NCBI RefSeq assembly: GCF_001894925.1
Contig: NZ_BCXD01000022.1
Span: forward strand, 1-32,000
Reading direction: 5' to 3'
DNA length: 32,000 nucleotides
Origin: Rhodococcus rhodnii NBRC 100604
GTDB lineage: Bacteria > Actinomycetota > Actinomycetes > Mycobacteriales > Mycobacteriaceae
The notes beneath the pieces were generated by a model. It saw nothing but the letters and a program-made list of their open reading frames with translations, was not told the origin of the DNA and did not search any database. Positions within the stretch are counted from its first letter, which is position 1; every line of letters begins with the position of its first letter. Both the position numbers and the translations under genes were made by a program. Positions 25,294-32,000 of the stretch are shown in pieces.

Positions 25294-26495
25294 TCCTCCT
25301 CCTTCCGAGCGGGCGACACATGAACCTCGAAGCCGCCGCTGGTGGCACGCCCGGCGGCCAGGTGCATCCCCACCTCGGCGCACCGGGCGGCGAGTGCTCC
25401 GAGCCCCGTTCCTCCGGAGTGCTCGGCATCGACCTGCCCGCCGTCGTCGGCGACCGTGAGGCTCGGGGCGTCGGCACCGCCGCCCACTCGGATCGTGACG
25501 TGGCGAGCGTCGCTGTGCCGGACCACGTTCGTCACCGCTTCCCGCAGCACCGCAGCGAGCAGTGCCGACACTCGCTGCGGCATCCGGTCGAGCAGGGCGG
25601 GTTCGGCGACGACGGTGACGCCCGTCCCCGCCGAGGCCAGGACGGCGCGCGCCGCGTCGATCCGGTCTCGCAGGTCTCCCGCGGTGTCCTGGTAGACGGC
25701 CCGCCGTGCTTCGGCGAGCGTCGACGCCGCCATCTCCCGGATCGTCGATCCGGCCTGCTCCGCGCGCGCCGGATCCGTCCGCACCAGGGCCTCCGCGAGT
25801 TCCGCTTCGAGCGCGATGACGCCGAGCCGATGCCCGAGGACGTCGTGGAGTTCGCGAGCGACCCGAAGCCGTTCGCGGGCGACCGCGAGTTCCGCGCGGG
25901 CGTCGCCACCCGCGTGTGCCGCCGCCAGCAACCGCAAGAGCCACACCGCGATCTCACCCGTCAGCCACACTCCGAGCGCACACCCGAGCGTCACGACGAC
26001 CGCCGCGAGAGTGCCGCCACCGAACACGACCGCGCCGAGCGCCGCCGCGGCGGCGAGTACGCCCGCCGCGACCAGGCCGGCGACCCGATGCACCAGCGCA
26101 CACGCCGCTGCCGCCGCACCGGCGAGCCAGGCCCACGGGTGACGGTCGTCGACCGCGGCGAGCGACACCGGAGCCCACGCCGCCGCCGTCGCGGCCAGCA
26201 GGGCACCGAGCGCCCACCACTCCGTACGCCGTCCGGCCGACGGAGCGGTGGCGAGCCACAGCACCACTGCCAGCGCGGCCGCGACCGGGGCGAGCACCGC
26301 ACCGAGCGCGAGACCCGCCGCACCACCTCGCCACGCGAGTCCCGGCAGCACAGCGACGAACACCGACCCGACCACCACGACGAGAAAGACCCAGACGACG
26401 TGCTCGGGCCGGACGCCCGTGCCGGGAGCGTCTCGCCCCGTCCTTCGCTCGCCCACAACGCTCCTCTCCACCACCAGGAGAACTGCCGTCATCAT
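25290..26495 (-). CDS. Sensor histidine kinase, HisKA_3 (NarX/DesK/LiaS-like), multi-TM sensing type
   Basis: 401 aa. Ala/Leu-rich N-terminal half with several TM segments and no obvious extracytoplasmic domain. H-box ARELHDVLGHRLG and ATPase region REAVTNVVRHS...GGTGLGALAARC. The start codon is uncertain. Confidence 0.85.
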   Translation of the reverse strand: MMTAVLLVVERSVVGERRTGRDAPGTGVRPEHVVWVFLVVVVGSVFVAVLPGLAWRGGAAGLALGAVLAPVAAALAVVLWLATAPSAGRRTEWWALGALLAATAAAWAPVSLAAVDDRHPWAWLAGAAAAACALVHRVAGLVAAGVLAAAAALGAVVFGGGTLAAVVVTLGCALGVWLTGEIAVWLLRLLAAAHAGGDARAELAVARERLRVARELHDVLGHRLGVIALEAELAEALVRTDPARAEQAGSTIREMAASTLAEARRAVYQDTAGDLRDRIDAARAVLASAGTGVTVVAEPALLDRMPQRVSALLAAVLREAVTNVVRHSDARHVTIRVGGGADAPSLTVADDGGQVDAEHSGGTGLGALAARCAEVGMHLAAGRATSGGFEVHVSPARKEEE

Positions 26496-26723
26496 GGCCG
26501 AGGGCTACCTCGTGCGCGGTGATTCCGCATTCACCGACACGCAGCGATGAGTTGTCGCCGTGGCATCGGTCTCCACCTCTCGTGGCGGGAAATCCACCCC
26601 GTCCGGCAGAAAAACGACTTGCCCGGCTCCACCGCGGTCGGCAAGGCTGAGAGCACACGGACGCCCGCACCTGCACGGCGCCGGTTTCTCTCACCCGCCG
26701 CCCGCCCGACGAAGGGATACCCC

Positions 26724-27728
26724 ATGCACGCCGACGGCCTCGCCATCGAGACCCACGGCCTCGTCAAACGCTTCGGCGACACGCTCGCTGTCGACGGACT
26801 CGACATGTCCGTTCCGATGGGAGGCGTGTACGGCGTGCTCGGTCCCAACGGCGCGGGAAAGACCACGTCGATCCGGATGCTCGCGACATTGCTGCCCATC
26901 GACGGCGGTACCGCGCGCGTCCTCGGCCACGACGTCGCGAGCGATCCCGAGGCAGTCAGGAGCCGCGTCGCGCTGACGGGCCAGTTCGCCTCGCTCGACG
27001 AAGACCTCACCGGAGTGGAGAACCTCAACCTGCTCGGCAGGTTGTACGGGTACTCGCGCCGGTCGGCACGCAGCCGGACGGACGCGCTGCTGTCGGCGTT
27101 CGGGCTCGAGGATGCGGCGAACCGCCAGGTCAAGAACTATTCGGGCGGCATGCGCCGCCGGCTCGACATCGCCGCGTCGATCATCGTGACCCCCGAGCTG
27201 ATCTTCCTCGACGAGCCCACGACCGGACTCGATCCCCGCAGCCGCAACCAGGTGTGGGACATCGTGCGCGCGCTCGTCGCCGGCGGAACGACGGTGCTGC
27301 TCACCACGCAGTACCTCGACGAGGCCGATCAGCTGGCCGATCGCATCGCGGTCATCGACCAGGGCCGCGTCATCGCCGAGGGCACCGCGGGCGAACTCAA
27401 GGCGTCCGTCGGCTCGGGCGCCCTCCACGTACGCGTGCGCGACGCCGCACATCGCGAGAACGCGATCACGATCGCGACGCGGGAACTCGGGGCCGAGGTC
27501 GTGCGCGAGGCCGATCCGTTCGCGTTCACCGTGCGCTCGGACGACGCGCCGCGCATCGCCTCGACCCTCACCGCGCTCGACGACGCAGGCATCGCGGTGG
27601 GCACCTTCGCCCTCGGCCAGCCGAGCCTCGACGAGGTGTTCCTCGCGCTGACGGGGCATCCCACCGAGGACTCCGCGCCCAGCACCACCGACCAGCACAG
27701 CACGAGTCTCGAGGAGAAGACGGCATGA
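26724..27728 (+). CDS. ABC transporter ATP-binding protein, DrrA-like (ABC-2 exporter)
   Basis: 334 aa from ATG 26724 (GAAGGGA upstream) inside track ORF 26547..27728. Walker [10 protein letters not shown], signature [12 protein letters not shown], Walker [13 protein letters not shown]. Confidence 0.92.
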   Translation: MHADGLAIETHGLVKRFGDTLAVDGLDMSVPMGGVYGVLGPNGAGKTTSIRMLATLLPIDGGTARVLGHDVASDPEAVRSRVALTGQFASLDEDLTGVENLNLLGRLYGYSRRSARSRTDALLSAFGLEDAANRQVKNYSGGMRRRLDIAASIIVTPELIFLDEPTTGLDPRSRNQVWDIVRALVAGGTTVLLTTQYLDEADQLADRIAVIDQGRVIAEGTAGELKASVGSGALHVRVRDAAHRENAITIATRELGAEVVREADPFAFTVRSDDAPRIASTLTALDDAGIAVGTFALGQPSLDEVFLALTGHPTEDSAPSTTDQHSTSLEEKTA

Positions 27729-28567
27729 CGACGACCCCCGCCCCCACCCGGGACGCATCGGTATCCGCGGTCGCGGACGTCCTGCGCATGCCCGAACCGC
27801 GTCCCGCGCGCCCGTCCGCGCTCTCGACGTCGATGGCGTTCGGTCACCGCGCGCTGCTGAAGATCAAGCACGTCCCCGAGCAACTGTTCGACGTGACGAT
27901 GTTCCCGATCATGTTCACGCTGATGTTCACGTTCCTGTTCGGCGGTGCGCTCGCGGGATCGACCGAGGCCTACGTCCAGTTCCTCATCCCGGGGATCCTG
28001 GTCCAGACCGTCGTCATGATCACGATGTACACGGGCCTGACGCTGAACAAGGACATCGAGAAGGGCGTCTTCGACCGCTTCCGGTCGTTGCCGATCTGGC
28101 GGCCGTCACCGCTGGTGGGAGCCCTCTTCGGCGACATCGTTCGCTACACGATCGCGTCGATCATCGTCATGATCCTCGGCCTCGTGCTCGGGTTCCGGCC
28201 CGAGGGCGGCCCGATCGCCGTTCTCGCGTCGATCGCCCTGCTGCTGCTGTTCTCGTTCAGCCTGTCGTGGGTGTGGACGATGTTCGCGATGCTCATGCGC
28301 ACCGAGCAGGCGGTCATGGGCGCGTCGATGTTCATCCTGTTCCCGCTGACCTTCGCGAGCAACATCTTCGTCGATCCGGCGACGATGCCGAGCTGGCTGC
28401 GCGCATTCGTCGACGTCAACCCGATCAGCGCACTGGTCACCACGATCCGCGCGTTCTGCGCAGGCGAGTTCGACGGCGGCCAGCTCTCCGTCGTGCTGCT
28501 GTGGTGCGCGGGCTTCGTCGTGCTCTTCGGACCGCTCACGATGCGCCTGTACAACCGCAAGCACTGA
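27725..28567 (+). CDS. ABC-2 type transporter permease
   Basis: 280 aa from ATG 27725 (ATGA overlap with the ATPase stop) inside track ORF 27254..28567. Six hydrophobic segments, in the usual DrrB-like arrangement. Confidence 0.88.
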   Translation: MTTTPAPTRDASVSAVADVLRMPEPRPARPSALSTSMAFGHRALLKIKHVPEQLFDVTMFPIMFTLMFTFLFGGALAGSTEAYVQFLIPGILVQTVVMITMYTGLTLNKDIEKGVFDRFRSLPIWRPSPLVGALFGDIVRYTIASIIVMILGLVLGFRPEGGPIAVLASIALLLLFSFSLSWVWTMFAMLMRTEQAVMGASMFILFPLTFASNIFVDPATMPSWLRAFVDVNPISALVTTIRAFCAGEFDGGQLSVVLLWCAGFVVLFGPLTMRLYNRKH

Positions 28568-28582
28568 CCGGCCCGGCAGGGC

Positions 28583-29854
28583 TCACCGCACCAGCAGTGC
28601 CACGCATTCGACGTGGTGCGTGAGCGGGAACGCGTCGAACGCCCGGATGTGTTCGGCGCGGTACCCGTGCTCCGTGTACAGCGCGAGATCGCGGGCGAAC
28701 GACGCGGGGTCGCACCCGATGTGCACGATTCGCTCGGGTGCGGCGTCCGCGACCGCGGCCACGACGGCCTTCCCCGCACCGGAGCGGGGCGGATCGAGGA
28801 TCACGGCGGTCGGCTCCGGGGTGAGCGCGGCGAACGCGCCTTCGACACGTCCGGGGTGCAGCCGGATCTGTGCGAGATCCGCGAGCGCCAGGACTCCGAG
28901 GCGGTGCGCCTCGGGCGACGACTCCACCGAGTCGACCCGCCCGACCTCCCCCACCTGCGGCGCGACGGCGGCGGCGAACACCCCGACGCCGCCGTACAGA
29001 TCCCACACGATGTCGCCGGGCGTCGGGGCCGCCCATTCCGCCACGAGCTGCGAGTAGGTCTGCGGTGCCGTGCGGTGCGCCTGCCAGAAGCCCGTCGGCG
29101 CGAGCGTCCATTCACGCGACCCGACGCGTTCGACCGCCTCGCCACTGCCCAGCACGACCCTCTCGTCACGGGGCCGGCTCTCCGCGGCGCGCCGGGCGGC
29201 GGCGCCTCGCCGGCCCCGATCGAACCGCGCGGTGCGGCTCAGCCGCGGCGGGGCGATCTCCACGACGTGACGAGCGTCGTCGGAGTCGAGCGCGATCGCG
29301 ATCTCGGCACCCGGGCGCCACTGCCGCTCGCCGATCCCCTCGTACGCGCTCGCGAGCATCTGCGGGCAGCGCAGGTCGGCGACGATCTCGTTGCTGCGAT
29401 ACCGGCGGTGACCCGCCCGCCCCTGCTCGTCGACGCCGAGCCGCACCCGGCGGCGCCATCCCGTCGTTCCCAGGCCACCGGGCATCTCCTCGACGCCGAT
29501 CTCGCGATCGTCGCGCGCGATTCGCGACAGCAGATCCGACACGACCCGGCTCTTCATGCTGCGCTGGAGTTCCGGTGTGGCATACGAGAAGTCGCAGCAG
29601 CCCGCGCCTCCCGGGCCCGAGATCGGGCACAGCGGATCGATCCGATCCGGCGACGCATCGAGGATCTCGGTCACCTCCGCTCGGCAGAACGAACCGCCGC
29701 GGTCCTCGTGCACGCGCACACGCACACGTTCGCCGGGCAGGCCGTGGCGCACGAACACGACCCGGCCCTCGTGCCGCCCGACGACGAAGCCGCCGTGGCC
29801 GGGACCGCCGAGGGTCGTCTCGAACTCGGCGCCGAGCCACGAACTGCCGGTCAT
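28583..29854 (-). CDS. Class I SAM-dependent RNA (uracil-5-) methyltransferase, RumA/TrmA family with TRAM-like N-terminus
   Basis: C-terminal 423 aa of the 1118-aa track ORF, from ATG 29854. Cys cluster CPISGPGGAGCCDF plus LRCP. SAM motif VWDLYGGVGVFA, then ILDPPRSGAG and the nucleophile context HIGCDP. Confidence 0.85.
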   Translation of the reverse strand: MTGSSWLGAEFETTLGGPGHGGFVVGRHEGRVVFVRHGLPGERVRVRVHEDRGGSFCRAEVTEILDASPDRIDPLCPISGPGGAGCCDFSYATPELQRSMKSRVVSDLLSRIARDDREIGVEEMPGGLGTTGWRRRVRLGVDEQGRAGHRRYRSNEIVADLRCPQMLASAYEGIGERQWRPGAEIAIALDSDDARHVVEIAPPRLSRTARFDRGRRGAAARRAAESRPRDERVVLGSGEAVERVGSREWTLAPTGFWQAHRTAPQTYSQLVAEWAAPTPGDIVWDLYGGVGVFAAAVAPQVGEVGRVDSVESSPEAHRLGVLALADLAQIRLHPGRVEGAFAALTPEPTAVILDPPRSGAGKAVVAAVADAAPERIVHIGCDPASFARDLALYTEHGYRAEHIRAFDAFPLTHHVECVALLVR

Positions 29855-31875
29855 CGACGCTCCTCGTCGGGTCGGTTCCGGCCCGTGCCGGATGGATCGA
29901 AGCCCCGGCGACTGGCGCCGGGGGTGCTGCGGGGATCGAGCGGTTTCGACTCCCGCGACGACTGCAGCTGCCACGGCACGCTCGTGACCATGACGCCGGG
30001 CTGGAACAGCAGCCGGCTCTTGAGCCGCAGCGCACTCTGATTGTGCAGCAACTGCTCCCACCAGTGCCCGACGACGTACTCGGGAATGAACACCGTCACG
30101 ACGTCGCGGGGCGAGTTCCGTCGCACACGCTTGACGTAGTCGAGCACCGGCCGGGTGATCTCGCGGTACGGCGACTCGACGACCTTGAGCGGAACCCGGA
30201 CGTCGCTCTCCTCCCACTGCCGCACGAGCGCGCGGGTGTCGGCGTCGTCGACGTTGACCGTGATCGCCTCGAGCGTGTCCGGCCGCGTCGCCCGCGCGTA
30301 CGCGAGCGCGCGCAGCGTCGGCATGTGCAGCTTCGAGACGAGGACGATCGAGTGCGTGCGGCTCGGCAGCACGCCGTCCCACTCCTGGTTCTCGAGTTCG
30401 CGGGCGACGTTGTCGTAGTGCCGGCGAATGAGCTTCATGACGACGAACACCGACACCATCGCGACGATGGCGATCCACGCGCCCGCGGCGAACTTGGTGA
30501 GCAGAACGATCACGAGGACGGTCGCCGTCATCGCGAGCCCGGTCGCGTTGATCAGCCGCGAACGGTGCATCCGGCGGCGTGCGGTGGGGTCGCGCTCGTC
30601 GCCGAGCGCGCGCGTCCAGTGGCGGATCATGCCCGTCTGGCTCAGCACGAACGACACGAACACGCCGACGATGTAGAGCTGGATGAGGGCCGTCACCTCG
30701 GCACCGAACGCGACGACGAACGCCATCGCCGCGAGCGAGAGCGACAGGATGCCGTTGCTGAACGCGAGCCGGTCGCCGCGCGTGTGCAGCTGACGGGGCA
30801 GGTAGCGGTCCTGCGCGAGAACCGATCCCAGCACCGGGAAACCGTTGAACGCCGTGTTGGCCGCGAGCACGAGGATCAGGGCCGTGACGCCCGCGATGAA
30901 GTAGAACCCGGGCGAGAAGCCCGCGAAGACGGTCTCGGCGATCTGCGTGATGAGCGTCTTCTGCTGGTAGTTCTCGGGGGCGCCGACGAGTTGCGCGGCG
31001 GGATCGTGCGCGTACACGATGCCGATCTTCTGCGCGAGCACGATGATGCCCATGAGGAAGACGATCGCGAGCGCACCGAGCATGAGCAGCGTCGTCGCGG
31101 CATTGCGCGACTTGGGCTTCCGGAACGCCGGCACCCCGTTGCTGATCGCCTCGACACCGGTCAGCGCGGCACACCCCGACGAGAACGCCCGCGCGATGAG
31201 GAAGGCGAACGCGATGCCGTACAGATGCGAGTCCTCCGCGACGAGCTGGAACTCCGACGACGGCGCGCGCAGGTCCTCCCCGAAGACGTAGGTGCGCGTC
31301 AGCCCCCAGCCGAGCATGATCAGCATGCCGCCGATGAACGCGTACGTCGGGATCGCGAAGGCCGTCCCCGACTCGCGGATACCGCGCAGGTTGACGGCGG
31401 TGAGCAGCGCGATCGCCGCCACCGCGAACAACACCTTGTGCTCGGCGACAAACGGGATCGCCGAGCCGATGTTGGAGGCCGCCGCGGAGATCGAGACGGC
31501 GACGGTGAGAACGTAGTCGACGAGCAGCGCACTGCCGACCGTCAGGCCCGCGTTCGGCCCCAGGTTGACCGTCGCCACCTCGTAGTCGCCGCCGCCCGAC
31601 GGGTACGCGTGGACGTTCTGCCGGTAGCTCGCGACGACGACGAACATGACCGCCGCGACGGCGAGTCCCACCCAGGGCGAGTACGCGTACGCCGAGATTC
31701 CCGCGATCGAGAGCACGAGGAAGATCTCCTCGGGCGCGTACGCGACGGAGGACATCGCATCGGACGCGAACACCGGGAGCGCGATGCGTTTGGGAAGCAG
31801 CGTGTGCCCGAGCGTGTCGCTCCGGAAGGGGCGGCCGAGCAGAAGCCGCTTCACGGCGGTCGAAACCTTTGGCAC
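29851..31875 (-). CDS. APC-superfamily permease with a ~190-aa cytoplasmic C-terminal domain
   Basis: Inside track ORF 29851..31983. Tentative start GTG 31875; TTG 31881 is the alternative. N-terminal KRLLLGRPFRSD, about 12 TM segments, then a soluble tail (HSIVLVSKLHMPTLRALAYARA...VFIPEYVVGHWWEQLLHNQSALRLK). Its stop overlaps the methyltransferase ATG as ATGA. Confidence 0.82.
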   Translation of the reverse strand: MPKVSTAVKRLLLGRPFRSDTLGHTLLPKRIALPVFASDAMSSVAYAPEEIFLVLSIAGISAYAYSPWVGLAVAAVMFVVVASYRQNVHAYPSGGGDYEVATVNLGPNAGLTVGSALLVDYVLTVAVSISAAASNIGSAIPFVAEHKVLFAVAAIALLTAVNLRGIRESGTAFAIPTYAFIGGMLIMLGWGLTRTYVFGEDLRAPSSEFQLVAEDSHLYGIAFAFLIARAFSSGCAALTGVEAISNGVPAFRKPKSRNAATTLLMLGALAIVFLMGIIVLAQKIGIVYAHDPAAQLVGAPENYQQKTLITQIAETVFAGFSPGFYFIAGVTALILVLAANTAFNGFPVLGSVLAQDRYLPRQLHTRGDRLAFSNGILSLSLAAMAFVVAFGAEVTALIQLYIVGVFVSFVLSQTGMIRHWTRALGDERDPTARRRMHRSRLINATGLAMTATVLVIVLLTKFAAGAWIAIVAMVSVFVVMKLIRRHYDNVARELENQEWDGVLPSRTHSIVLVSKLHMPTLRALAYARATRPDTLEAITVNVDDADTRALVRQWEESDVRVPLKVVESPYREITRPVLDYVKRVRRNSPRDVVTVFIPEYVVGHWWEQLLHNQSALRLKSRLLFQPGVMVTSVPWQLQSSRESKPLDPRSTPGASRRGFDPSGTGRNRPDEERR

Positions 31876-32000
31876 CGGCAAAGCGTAAGCCCGACCCGAC
31901 CCCGCGTGGTCGGCAGGAGAGCACGTGTCCGAATCGCAACGATTGCGCAGATCACGGCCCCTCCAGCGTCGAACCGCGCGCACGATCGGGGTAGGTTCAC

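Noticed and set aside
28568-28582. Mini hairpin GCCC-GGCA-GGGC in the 15-nt gap between the convergent ABC-2 permease and methyltransferase genes.
   Set aside because: It is only a 4-bp stem with no U-tract, which is too weak to annotate as a terminator.
28583-31939. 1118-aa minus-strand ORF that could be read as one giant protein.
   Set aside because: Only the C-terminal 423 aa (from ATG 29854) look like a real protein, the methyltransferase. The upstream 695 aa are Arg/Pro/Gly-rich. They overlap the convincing APC permease in another frame.
1-32000. Searched by eye for mobile elements, prophage, toxin-antitoxin, restriction-modification, retron or other defence genes, tRNA/rRNA, and low-GC islands.
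   Set aside because: No integrase, transposase, nuclease or reverse-transcriptase-like translations, no terminal inverted repeats and no tRNA-like sequences were seen. Composition looks uniformly high-GC except in short intergenic stretches.

Overview
High-GC actinobacterial chromosome segment with Corynebacteriales-like gene content. I call 29 protein-coding features and one interrupted gene. I found no rRNA, tRNA, CRISPR array, transposase, integrase or recognisable defence genes.

Left 19 kb: 18 consecutive minus-strand genes in two parts.
(a) 19133-13748 is a 5-aminovalerate/GABA-to-glutarate type module: class III aminotransferase, glutaryl-CoA dehydrogenase, family III CoA-transferase and a PucR-type regulator.
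(b) 13582-1 is a 14-gene, tightly coupled operon:
- NitT/TauT-type ABC importer
- UbiD-family decarboxylase
- GabD-like aldehyde dehydrogenase
- four-component Rieske dioxygenase (alpha, beta, reductase, ferredoxin)
- 2-hydroxyacid dehydrogenase
- IlvD/Edd dehydratase
- UbiX
- SDR
- a second aldehyde dehydrogenase that runs off the left edge

I do not recognise this enzyme combination as a characterised pathway, so it is the best candidate here for an undescribed catabolic system. Its two helper proteins both look damaged or atypical. ubiX has an in-frame TAG at a conserved Glu. The ferredoxin has Arg in place of the second cluster-ligand Cys. A 9-bp tandem repeat forms the ubiX tail.

Right 13 kb: mostly housekeeping genes.
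- orphan siderophore-binding lipoprotein with a candidate IdeR box
- MFS sugar porter preceded by a 69-nt three-way-junction structure
- dxs
- small membrane protein
- HisKA_3 kinase plus LuxR-type response regulator, divergent from a DrrA-like ABC-2 exporter
- RumA/TrmA-like methyltransferase translationally coupled to an APC-family permease

All calls come from reading translations and motifs by eye. No database search was run.
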